Shown: piece by piece, positions 1 through 10,525 of the stretch
Layout: the number at the start of each line of letters is the position of its first letter
Position numbering within the stretch: the first letter of the stretch is position 1
Source of the DNA: Octopus sinensis
Taxonomy: Eukaryota
Length of the DNA stretch: 34,348 bases
Reading direction: 5' to 3'
Assembly: GCF_006345805.1 (NCBI RefSeq)
Contig: NW_021832050.1
Location: 1 to 34,348 of the forward strand
Program-made: the position numbers and the translations under genes
The notes under the pieces: model-generated
The model's input: only the letters and a program-made list of their open reading frames with translations
The model's database searches: none
Told to the model about the DNA's origin: nothing

Positions 1-67
1 TCGGTCGTCTGCTTAGCCTGCTGGCTGGCTGGCGCATCGGTCGTCTGCTTCGCTGGCTGAAGGCTGA

Positions 68-89
68 ATGAATGGAGAATATGGTAAGG
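68..89 (+). other. Possible short coding exon end with splice donor (ATG AAT GGA GAA TAT G|gtaagg or ATG GAG AAT ATG|gtaagg)
   Basis: ATGs at 68 and 72 followed by a near-consensus donor G|GTAAGG at 83/84 in non-repetitive, GC-richer sequence; no homology recognised. Confidence 0.15.
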
Positions 90-452
90 GTAATTAGGGG
101 AAAGAGTGTACAGGAGGAGAACAGCACTGATGGGATTGAAATGGTCTTGCAGAAAAGCATCCGTTAACAGTGACAATATCAGTCTGCAGCAGTTTGACAG
201 CTGACAGTGTGTTTTTAAGATGGAGGAATTGGCGGCTACAGGTCACATGTCACAGCACTTCCGCCAGGGAAGTGTTACGTTATTGATTAATATTTATATG
301 TTTTGGGAGTGTTTATATGTTTGCGGGGGCGCGCGTGTGAGTGTGCGTATTTTCCTCATGTGTGTTATATGTCTGTGTTCATTATTATATATTTATATAG
401 ATTTAGTGGACTTGTATTTGTTTCATTTTCCGAATAGTATGAGCGCAATGTT

Positions 453-488
453 ATTGTTGTTGTTGTTGTTGTTTTGCTGTTGATGTTG

Positions 489-541
<53 letters not shown>

Positions 542-566
542 GTTATTATTATTGTTATTATTATTA
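453..566. repeat. (TTG)n/(TTA)n microsatellite
   Basis: Direct inspection. Confidence 0.97.
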
Positions 567-568
567 AA

Positions 569-965
569 GGCAGTGAGCTGGCAGAAGCGTTAGCACGCCG
601 GGCGAAATGCTTAGCGGTATTTCGTCTGCTGCTACGTTCTGAGTTCAAATTCCGCCGAGGTCGACTTTGCCTTTCATCCTTTCGGGGTCGAATAAATAAG
701 TACCAGTTACGCACTGAGGTCGATATAATCGACTTAATCCCTTTGTCTGTCCTTGTTTGTCCTCTCTGTGTTTAGCCCCTTGTGGGTAGTAAAGAAACAG
801 GTATTTCATCTGGCGCTACGTTCTGAGTTCAAATTCCGCCGAGGTCGACATTGCCTTTCATCCTTTCGGGGGCGATTAAATAAGTACCAGTTACGCACTG
901 GTGTCAATGTAATCGACTCATCCACTACCCCAAAACTGTTGCCCTTGTGGCAAAATTTGTAACTG
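569..965 (+). mobile_element. tRNA-derived SINE family A, head-to-tail dimer (full copy 569-799 plus 5'-truncated copy ~800-965)
   Basis: Head GAGCTGGCAGAAGCGTTAGC, B-box-like GAGTTCAAATTCC, core GTCGACTTTGCCTTTCATCCTTTCGGGGTCGA...AAGTACCAGT; many further copies in the window. Confidence 0.9.
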
Positions 966-999
966 CTATTATCATTTTTATTATTGTTGTTTCTAAGCC

Positions 1000-1061
1000 T
1001 GTGTGTACGTGTGTGTGTGTGTGTGTATGTGTGTGTGTGTCTGTGTGTGTGTGTGTGTGTG

Positions 1062-1096
<35 letters not shown>

Positions 1097-1284
1097 TGTG
1101 TGTGTCTGCGTATGTTTATATGCTTCTGAGTTTTTAGGAACGGGAGGAAGGAAATGAGATGTCGTTAAAAGTAAAAGCTGTTACACTTGTCGTATGTTTT
1201 TGTTACACACACACACACACGCCCACACACGTACGTACACACGCATGAATGCCCCGCCTATACACACACATAAACACATATGTG

Positions 1285-1348
<64 letters not shown>
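1000..1348. repeat. (TG)n/(CA)n microsatellite cluster
   Basis: Direct inspection. Confidence 0.95.
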
Positions 1349-1353
<5 letters not shown>

Positions 1354-1429
1354 TTACGCATTGATATTTCTTAATTATTCAAAATAAATTTAAGGTAGGA
1401 TAAAGAAATTTGGCACACACGTTCTAATT

Positions 1430-1985
1430 TAAATTGTTCTGGAAGACCCGTTACTATTTGACCACGTCCACTGTGGAGTGTTCGAATGTTCCAACCTATA
1501 TGTATCTGCCAGTTAAAAGTGACTTAGCAGATCCCGAAAGCCAGGGTTACATTTTCTATTCATGTTCGAGCCTACACAATCTGTGCGTGCGTCACAAATT
1601 GTATTAAAGTCTCCTATGAATACAAGTGAATGCGACATGGCCGGGAACTTGCCCAGGTCACGAAAATATTCAATTTGCGAACCTATAACGTTGGGTGTAT
1701 AAATTACAACCAGCCTGCCTTCCAGATCAGAAAAAAACAACTTTTTCTCGGTTACCCAGTTTCTTTTTAGTAGGATCAACACCTCGCCCCCATCTCCCAC
1801 CCGACTTGGAGGAACGTATTTCTCGTAGCCGTTCAGGAGGGGGAGCAGATCTCTTCGCTCCTTCACCCGGGTTTCGGTTGCAACAATTACATCCAAATTT
1901 CTTGACCTGATGTCATTTAGGAAGCGCCCTTGCTTCCAGCTCGACATCAGGCCACAGACATTTATACAACCAATGTGAATAGACG
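1430..1985 (-). pseudogene. Decayed APE-type endonuclease of an L1/Tx1-like non-LTR retrotransposon
   Basis: Minus frame reads IGCINVCGL...LDVIVATETR...FIGDFN...FRDLLSHF*LADTYRLEH...WTWSNSNGSSR: the xNVxGL, xQ/TET, GDFN and DxYR/WTW motifs of retrotransposon APE domains; in-frame stop at 1513-1515. Confidence 0.88.
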
Positions 1986-2229
1986 TGACTTACGTTTTAG
2001 ATCGGGGTGTCCTGTGGAGAGGGACTGTCCACCTTTTCTTGACTTAGGGTCGGAGGTGGCAAGCCTTCAAATATAGATTGATGAAAATCCAATCTCAATG
2101 ATGAGACCGATTTTCTATACGTATTACACAAGGTATTGTATGTTCTTTTGTCCACTTCATAAAATTTCTCTCTCTGTCACACATACACACACGCACATAT
2201 ACATATATATAGAGATATTCTCACTTTTT

Positions 2230-2624
2230 TTACTCTCTTTTACTTGTTTCAGTCATTTGACTGCGGCCATGCTGGAGCACTGCCTTTAGTCGAGTAAATC
2301 GACCCGAGGACTTATTTTTTGTAAGCCGAGTATTTATTCTATCGGTGTCTTGTGCCGAACCGATATTACGGGAACGTAAACACACCACCATCAGTTGTCA
2401 AGCGATGTTGGGGGGACAAACACAATCACACAAACATATACACAGACATACATATATATTCATATATACGACAGGCTTCTTTCGGTTTCTGTCAACTAAA
2501 TCCTCTCACAAGGCTTTGGTCGGCCCGAGGCTATAGTAGAAGACACTCGCCCAAGGTGCTACGCAGTGGGACTGAACCCGGAACCATGTGGTTTGTAAGC
2601 AAGCTACTTACCACACAACAACTC
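2230..2624 (-). mobile_element. tRNA-derived SINE family B, near full length
   Basis: Reverse complement gives head TGTGTGGTAAGTAGCTTGCTTAC...CCGGGTTCAGTCCCAC and tail CCAGCATGGCCGCAGTCAAATGACTGAAACAAGTAAAA; multi-copy in the window. Confidence 0.9.
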
Positions 2625-3450
2625 AGCAATAAAATATTGTATAAGCTACCAAATGACATGTGTGCCCCTGTGGAGAGCCACTGTCTTAAAGTAGTTTAAA
2701 CTATGTAGAAAATTGAGGTCCCTAGTACAGAGGAAGAACTCGGACTATTACGCTTTATAGAACCTTATCTATGGAACGAAATCGAGGACATAATAAAGTG
2801 TTTAACAGGATATAAGAATTTCGTGTTACATTTTAAACGACGTTTAAACATTGGTTGAAATGTCTTTGATTATAATTCTGCTTGATCAGAGCTGCCGCAG
2901 AGCTAGGCAACGACAATCATGTGGAAACTTCTTCGTGCGTACTTTTTTAGCAATAGCAGTCAAATCTCCTTCTACTCTACTCCCTACCATCTTGAAAATG
3001 GAGTAATGTGGCGCTTTAGAAATGTATTGTCCTAGAAAATATCGGGTTATTGGTTATGGTGGAGCACTTTTGATTACAGGTCATCTAAACTGAAGGTGAA
3101 GTGAGATCAAGGTTCAACGGTGACAACGACGACCAGAATACCAGCAGTAACAACAACAACAACAACAAGTACAACAAGCTCAGTAACAACAACAACACGT
3201 CACATTACCTACAGTCAGCAATAAATAGTTAACCGATATGAGTTAAGAGCCTTCTTCATGCTGGTAGGGTTCTGAAGTGTCAATCGCCCTAGTTAGTCGC
3301 CCGGTACTCTTTCACCTGTGCCGTTCGCACTCTTAGTTCCGCTGCACACTTCACTGTGGATGACAACAGGAGGTAATAAAACTATCAGACTACAGGAAGT
3401 CACTTTCATTCACTCTTCACCATGTATTACGAGAAAGCGTAAGTTTTTTA

Positions 3451-3518
<68 letters not shown>

Positions 3519-3594
3519 GGTATATTTATGTATATTTATATATATAATATTTATATATATATATTATTATATATATATATATATATATATATAC

Positions 3595-3659
<65 letters not shown>

Positions 3660-3692
3660 ATGTGTGTGCACTTATAATCTATGATATATATA
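3451..3692. repeat. Long (TA)n microsatellite
   Basis: Direct inspection. Confidence 0.97.
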
Positions 3693-3694
3693 TA

Positions 3695-3755
3695 GGCGCA
3701 GGGGAGGGCTGTGTGGTAAGTAGCTTGCTTACCAACCACATGCTTCCGGGTTCAT
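3695..3755 (+). mobile_element. SINE family B head fragment
   Basis: GGCGCAGGGGAGGGCTGTGTGGTAAGTAGCTTGCTTACCAACCACATGCTTCCGGGTTC. Confidence 0.85.
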
Positions 3756-3787
3756 TCAATTTAAGTACCTAATTCAACTGAATTTTA

Positions 3788-3829
<42 letters not shown>

Positions 3830-3834
3830 TATAA

Positions 3835-4068
3835 TTTTAAATGATAAGGGTGAAAAATTAAATATTAATTTGATTAATATCAATTTAAAATTAGTGGTCT
3901 AGCATATTTAAAAATCTGAAGTTTCAGAAAAAATGATATTACATGCATATAAAAGGGATTACCTGTGAACATTCCTTCAGAACATTCCTTTCTTAGTGGT
4001 AAGACCATAGCGGATCTTCTTCTAGATAATGGATGTCCACTAACAGGTCATCCCTTTTATATGTAAAG
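3835..4068. repeat. (TA)n-flanked interspersed repeat, related to 27303-27510
   Basis: Both share AGGGTGAAAAATT and TTCTTAGTGGTAAGACCATAGC.GATCT.CTTCTAG...GTCCAC...GGTCATCCC. Confidence 0.75.
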
Positions 4069-4130
4069 ATATATATATATATATATACATACACACAAAC
4101 ATACATATATAATATATATAGATATATATA

Positions 4131-4172
<42 letters not shown>

Positions 4173-4260
4173 TATATATACAGATAAAGAGGGAGAGACA
4201 GACAGACAGACAGAGATAGAGGGACAGAGAGACAGAAGCACACACAAACACACATATGAC
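4068..4260. repeat. (TA)n/(GACA)n simple repeats
   Basis: Direct inspection. Confidence 0.9.
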
Positions 4261-5009
4261 AGTTATGCAATGTGTGCAAATACTAAGAGCCTCAGTATTG
4301 CTAAAATGGTCCTGCATCTATCCCCCAAGATTATTTGTATTATGTAACTATGTATGGCTTTATGTATATACGGATCTATAACTGTTTCTATGATGCATGT
4401 ATGTATGCAAATATATGTGTACGTGTGAGTGTGTTTGTGTGTGTATATACGTACATACATACATATATACATACACACATACATAAACGGCGATACGTAA
4501 TCTGTCTTCTCCGTTGCTTAGTCCCTCTTCCATCATCCTTAAACATCAATTACTTAAACTCCTAAACGCCTTCCATCATTTATCGGTACAAATACACCTT
4601 AACCAGCGAAGGTGGCTGTTTTCTCAAATCTCAAATGCCTTTCTCTTGCTTTAGTGCTTGGTGTCAGCTTCTAAGTGGTTCTGTCTTCCAGCAAAATCCA
4701 GGCCTACATCCACTGTGTCTAGTCAGCAATATATTTATCTGTTTGTTTATTTATTTATTTATTTATTTATATATTTATTTAATCGATTTCACTTAGCTAC
4801 GGAGAATAGCTTTGGTTTTGTTTTTGATATTGTTTGTGTGTGTCAAGGATAATACTGTTAGTTTTGTTTAGTTATTGTTGATATTTTGTTTTGGTTTCCT
4901 GTTTATTTTTTGCCTTTCTATTTTATTTTACGGATTAACGAATAAATAAAAAAACAATAGCTAGAATTTCAAGTAGGATTAGTAATGCATATATACACAA
5001 ATATGCATG

Positions 5010-5042
<33 letters not shown>

Positions 5043-5046
<4 letters not shown>

Positions 5047-5260
5047 TAATCCAAACAAGAAAGCACAAAAAAAAAACAACAACGCGAGGACGTGGAACAA
5101 ATATAGTATTATTGGACGCTCAGGAAAGAAGAGGGTTTAACGTTTCGAGCGGAGCTCTTCGTCGGATACATACGAGAAGGAAAGACCCAGAGAAGGGAAG
5201 GCAGAGGGGGAAAATCGCCAACGGTACACACGCGGTCACATTATATATATATATACACAT
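5043..5260 (-). mobile_element. (TA)n-flanked non-coding element carrying a hammerhead motif, probably a Penelope-like terminal-repeat fragment
   Basis: Bounded by TA tracts on both sides; contains a minimal type-I hammerhead, as is typical of Penelope-like pseudo-LTRs. Confidence 0.6.
5135..5169 (-). ncRNA. Minimal type-I hammerhead ribozyme motif (U4C variant, GUU cleavage site)
   Basis: Minus strand GUAU-CCGACGA-A-GAGC(UCC)GCUC-GAA-ACGU-U-AAAC: helix II 4 bp, palindromic helix III AACGUU, helix I 3 of 4 bp. Confidence 0.7.
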
Positions 5261-5286
5261 TATTTACAAGCAACAGAAATATAACA

Positions 5287-5332
5287 AAAACTGTTACTCG
5301 GAGTTTCACGTTCCCGTTCGTCGGACGGTTTT
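5287..5332 (-). ncRNA. Type-I hammerhead ribozyme motif (U4C variant, GUA cleavage site)
   Basis: Minus strand AAAACCGU-CCGACGA-ACG(GGAA)CGU-GAA-ACUC(C)GAGU-A-ACAGUUUU: helix I 7 of 8 bp, helix II 3 bp with tetraloop, near-palindromic helix III. Confidence 0.78.
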
Positions 5333-5785
5333 TAACAAAACTGCCGCTTTTAAATAAAGCGTATTACTCTACCTCAAGTGGAGTAATATATACCTATATA
5401 TATATATCTACTATAATAATACTTTTGCGTTTTTCTCCGTCACAACATATGAATGAGAAAGGAAGTGGTGATACACGAATAAGGAAGGAAGTGTAAGGTA
5501 GGTAGTAGGATGCGTAAGGCAGGTGTATGTTTAACGAAGTGTGTGTGCTGTGTAGGAGCGTTTCAACTCTATGTGAGAATGTGTGTATATGTGTGCGTGT
5601 ACAAGAGAAGTATGTGGATGTATCTGAACATTTACAAGTGTATTAATTTGATTTACCATCCATATTTATACATAATATACTACAATTAGGTGTCATTTTC
5701 GACAGCACGAGACCAGCTAGTATATATATATATGTGTGTGTGCGTGTGTGTGTATATATATATATATATATGTGTATGTATGCAT

Positions 5786-5973
5786 ATTCTTTTATTCTTT
5801 TACTTGTTTCAGTCATTAGACTGTGGTCATGCTGGAGCACCGTCTTGGAGAGATTTTAGTCGAATGTATCGATCACATTTCTTGTTTTGTTTTTAATCCC
5901 AGTACTTATTCTATCAGTCTCTTTGCCGGACCGCTAAGTTACGGAGTGGGATAAACACAGACACAAAGATACA

Positions 5974-6018
<45 letters not shown>

Positions 6019-6169
6019 GCACATACGACAGGCTTCTTTAGTTTCCATCAACCAAATTCATTCACAAGAGTTTGGTAGCCGGGGCTATAGTAGAAGATAC
6101 TTGTCGAAGGTGCTACGCAATGGGACTGAACCTGAACCCATGTGATTGGGAAACAAGCTTCTTACCACG

Positions 6170-6170
<1 letters not shown>
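5786..6170 (-). mobile_element. SINE family B
   Basis: Colinear with the 2230-2624 copy; internal (CA)n/(CG)n tract. Confidence 0.88.
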
Positions 6171-6216
<46 letters not shown>

Positions 6217-6938
6217 ACACATATATACACACACACATATAAACTCATACATACACACAAACATATGTATGTATAAATCGTTTGAAAATGATTAAGTATA
6301 ATTTATCCCTGACTTACTCTATAGTTTCCGTAATCCAAACCCCACCCAACAAAGATATTTCTCCCCTGTCTTACCCTATATCCCACTTCTTACTATTATT
6401 AAACGAGCGACGAGCGTACCCTCTTCTGACTTCGAAAAAAATTAGCAACAAAACTTGTATCATAGAAATTAAAATATGTCACACTTCAACATAACAACTA
6501 AATCTATATCAGAACTATTATCATTTTATCACCTTTTATTTGTTTCGTTCCCTGGCAAAGCAAGAATTTTAAGCTGCATAACAGATTTACTGAAGGGTCA
6601 AATTCTCTCCACCCCCACCCCCCGCCGATAATCTCCTTGATCTCTATACAAATTATAATGTTTTGAATAAACATGTACCGAATAATACCTTAGATCGTAC
6701 GTCTGGTGGCTTTGTCATTTACGGATAGTAATCGATAATGTTCCCAGATTTTCGGTTTTTCTTTGTTATGAAAGTAATTTACACACATAAATACAGTTTC
6801 AAGAAAGCTTTCTCTCTCCCTTTTCCCCCTCTCGTTCATTCTCTGCATATATATATATAGGAAAATAGAAGCTGAAAATACACTAAGAATAGTTAAAATA
6901 TTTTTATTAAAATATTTGAAGCTTTAACCGGTTTCACA

Positions 6939-8497
6939 GCTTATACTGATTTTCAAAAAGTTCAAAGAGAATCACGTGGCTTATGTCGCAGCTGTTTTGC
7001 TTCTGACTAGTGTTTGACTATTGCTCTGTAGGGAGTTCAAGGCTCAAATTATTATATGTTTTGAGTAGGATTTGATTGGTAGAGGATAGTCAGATGGCTG
7101 GTCTTATAAATTTTTATCGGTTTCCCGCTTGAAAAATCTACACAATTGTTTCGAACGCTGAAATTCACCATAAAAGAATACAGGAACTAAAACAAGTACT
7201 ACTTAAAAGAAAATATTCATTAATGCTAATAGATAACGGAATAGAACGTGCCAAAGCAATAAATATCGAAGAACTACGGAAAACGAAAAACGCTCCAGAT
7301 GCATTCACTAATCAACCCTTTATTACAATACACGACCCAAGAAACACAAAGGTTTACAATATCACACACCATAATATTCCACTACTAAAACAAGACCCAA
7401 GAATGAAACAATCATTTGAAATACACGAAATAAAAGTAAAATACAATCGAAGTCCCTCAAAAAATTCCTCACAAGTGCTAAATTGCCTTCCACAATTCCT
7501 ACACTAACAGTCAAAACATGTGACTGCTACAATTGCGAGCCCTCCATCAACCTTATTGGAGACACGGCATGCAAATTCAAATCAGGTTAGACCTTTACCC
7601 CCAAAAATCACTTTACATGTTCTTCAAGGACTTTAACATACGCTATCAAATGTCAAGGATGTAATGAAGATTACATAGATCAAACAAAGCTTACTGTAAG
7701 AAATAGACAGGTCATTCACCGAAAACAAATACGAGACCCCATTACTAGACAGATCACACTGAGTGGTCACATATACATATGTGCTAAAAATAAGTTTCCC
7801 AATTTCCAGGTCTCCCTACTCTACCTGTGTTCGGGGAATTTATACAGATGAAGCACGGATAAATAAAGAAAATGCTTTCATAGAAAAGTGCAAACCAAAA
7901 CTTAAGAAACTTTAGCAGAGTACATACAAAAATAACTATTCACGCACAAAATTCATTCTGCTACTTATCCTAAGGAAGCTACACATCTAACCACCTAAAT
8001 CTTAACCATTGGACAACATACAAACGATTCCTGTCCACTCTCCAGCCAGACAGATTAAATTTGGTCTATCTTGATTATAACTAATGTTCACTCAACCGTA
8101 TCGGCCTTGTTTTTAGGTACAAAATATACTGTCACGTGACACTAACGTACAGACGTAGTGAGAAAAGTACAAAAGTTTATAAATTTAATTATGTTTTCAT
8201 TCTCTACAAACTGACAGAAAACATTCAGAGCATTGATTGTTTGGACTTGTTCAGTCAAGCGTGTCAACTTTAACTTATGACGCCAAACATTGTCACTTGA
8301 TATTAACACACGGACGTAGCAGGAACCTACAAAAATTTTTAAGACCAGTCATGTGACTATCCTCTACCAAACAAATCCTATTCAAAACATATACTAATTC
8401 AAGCCATGAACCCCCTATAATAACAGGGCAAAATTCAAACACTAGTCAGGAGCAAAACAGCTCTGACATAGGCCACTTCTTGAAAGTCAGTGTAAAC
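6939..8497 (+). mobile_element. 5'-truncated Penelope-like retroelement with inverted terminal repeat
   Basis: Decayed RT-C-terminus/linker/GIY-YIG ORF (7142-7915) flanked by inverted repeats 6939-7129 and 8318-8497; (TA)n tracts at ~6846-6859 and ~8498-8510. Confidence 0.85.
7142..7915 (+). pseudogene. Penelope-like RT C-terminus plus GIY-YIG endonuclease, frameshifted
   Basis: RIQELKQVLLKRKYSLMLIDNGIERAK...PFITIHDPRN; then CDCYNC...FKSG*TF...FTCSSRTLTYAIKCQGCNEDYIDQT...RNRQVIHRKQIRDP...LSGH...C; ends INKENAFIEKCKPKL. Stop at 7588-7590 and frameshifts near 7440-7500 and ~7840. Confidence 0.88.
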
Positions 8498-8600
8498 TAT
8501 ATATATATATATTGGCGGTGCCCCAGCATGGCCACAGCTCGTGAGGTGAAACTAGATAAAATAAATAAAATAATAAAATTTTTAAAAATAGAGAGAGAGA

Positions 8601-8989
8601 GGCGCAGGAGTAGCTATGTGGTAAGTAGGTTGTTAACCAACCACAAAGTTCCAGGTTCAGTCTCACAGTGTGGCACCTTGGGCAAGTGGCTTCTTTTATA
8701 CCCTCGGTCCGTGAGTGGATTTGGTAGACGGAAACTGAAAGAAGCCCGTCGTGTATATATATATGTGTGTGTGTGTGGTTGTGTGTGTGTGTTTGTCCGC
8801 GCAACATCGCTTGACAACCGATGCTGGTGTGTTTACGTCTCCGTAACTTAGCGGTTTGGCAAAAGAGACCTATAAAATAAGTACTAGGCTTACAAAGAAT
8901 AAGTCCTGGGGTCGATTTGCTCGACTAAAAGTGGTGCTGAAGCTTGGCCACAGACAAATGACTGAAACAAATAAATGAATAAAAGAATA
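8601..8989 (+). mobile_element. SINE family B, full length
   Basis: GGCGCAGGAGTAGCTATGTGGTAAG head to ACTGAAACAA tail; tail-only fragments at ~8512-8570 (+) and ~8998-9055 (-). Confidence 0.88.
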
Positions 8990-9784
8990 TATATATTATT
9001 TTATTCTTTTACTTATTTCAGTCACTAGACTGCGGTCATGTTGGAGCACTACCTTGAGCATTAACTGGTTTAGACTAAAATACACCCATTCGAGTATAAA
9101 ATGTTCTGCATAATAATAGGTTTGGTCGAAAATGAATGGTTTGGTCTGAAGCTGGTCAAAACTGAGTAAAACAGCGGAGGATGGAACAAAAGAATTTACT
9201 GTGCTATACTTAGAAATGAAACAGGGAACTTTAAGTTAAAATCCCACAGAAGCTGAATTTGCCAGCCTACCAGGAGTATAGAATTTCTAAAATATTTAGT
9301 TTTTGACTATATCTCATTGATTGATGTTTTCAAATACTTGTCATCACTCATTTACAAGGACCTTTTCATATCCAAGCAGAAAATATTTTTTAAAAACAGA
9401 AATAAATCGTATGGCACCAAATTCAAATAGCGGGCACGTCTATCTTAAACGTGTGATTATAATAGTATTATAGATTTACGTTGAAAATTTCGACTCTTTA
9501 TATGTTTATACCTAGCTTCCTGTGATTACTTCTTGTCTTAAACATTAAATCAGGATAGGGGAGCTTTCTGTATCTCATCCTAAAATACTAATTAACCAAG
9601 AAATTACTTTGCAGAGATTAAAAAAAAGGCCGATTTAAAACCAAAATGATATATTACGATCATATATGGCATTGCCATTAAGAATTTCGTTCGCCGGCCT
9701 GTCTTATCTTTGCCCGTCTGGGTTCACGCTCTGCTGTCGTGCGCGTCGGCCCGGAGCCACGTATCGTTGGGCATAGCCATCTGC

Positions 9785-9798
9785 GTTGCGGTAGCAAC
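9785..9798. promoter_or_regulatory. X-box (RFX)-like palindrome GTTGCGGTAGCAAC in a CpG-rich island
   Basis: Resembles the RFX motif GTTGCCATAGCAAC with an intact TAGCAAC half-site; next to an ETS-like CACTTCCCGG at 9801-9810. Confidence 0.3.
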
Positions 9799-10317
9799 TC
9801 CACTTCCCGGTTTTTTCAGCATGCAATATTCCTGCTAGGTCTGGAGACCGGTACATTCACTGTGCAAGACTTAGTGTGCTCAGAGCGAGTTCTACCGGCT
9901 TGCATACGAATTTGTTTCTCTGCTAACTTAACCAGTGATCGCAGACAAATTGCTGCATGAATTTACACCACTTAACATCGGTTCCGGTCCACATAACGGC
10001 AGTACTTCATTACTGACACAACACCACACGTCTCAGTCCACAAAATTCGACGGCGACAGTCTACTATCATTGCTGACATATATCTCACACAAACTCCCAA
10101 ACTTGTTCCCTGGACTTAAATATTCTTTTCTGTCGTTTGTCATAACGACGACATTTTTGTTAACGATAAAGATTTTGTATTGGAATTTCATACAGATTCT
10201 GTATTCATCCATCTTTTAACACAACCAAAATATCTTAATGTTACAACGTCGGTGATTAATTCGTCTACCGCAGAACATGATCTCGGTACCCTCAGCAATG
10301 AAACTAGACACTCTTTT

Positions 10318-10525
10318 CTACTCTAGGCACAAGGCTCGAAAATTTGGGGGAGGGACCAGTCGATTAGATCGACCCCCAGTACGCAACTGGTACTTAATTT
10401 ATCGACCGTGAAGAACGTAAAGCAAAGTCGACCTCGGCGGAATTTGAACTCAGAACGTTCAACAGACGAAATACAGCTATGCATTTCGTCCGGCGTGCTA
10501 ACGCTTCTGCCAGCTCGCCGCCTTT
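10318..10525 (-). mobile_element. SINE family A
   Basis: Reverse complement of the family A head and core. Confidence 0.88.

Noticed and set aside
2709-2860. 49-codon open frame KIEVPSTEEELGLLRF...
   Set aside because: No start codon, weak acceptor, no donor and no recognised homology
8460-8492. Hammerhead-like GCU-CUGACAU-AGG..CUU-GAAAGUC-AGU at the Penelope 3' repeat
   Set aside because: G8 and A9 are absent, and the inverted copy (~6945-6995) also has GACAU, so the deviation looks ancestral rather than decay of a canonical core
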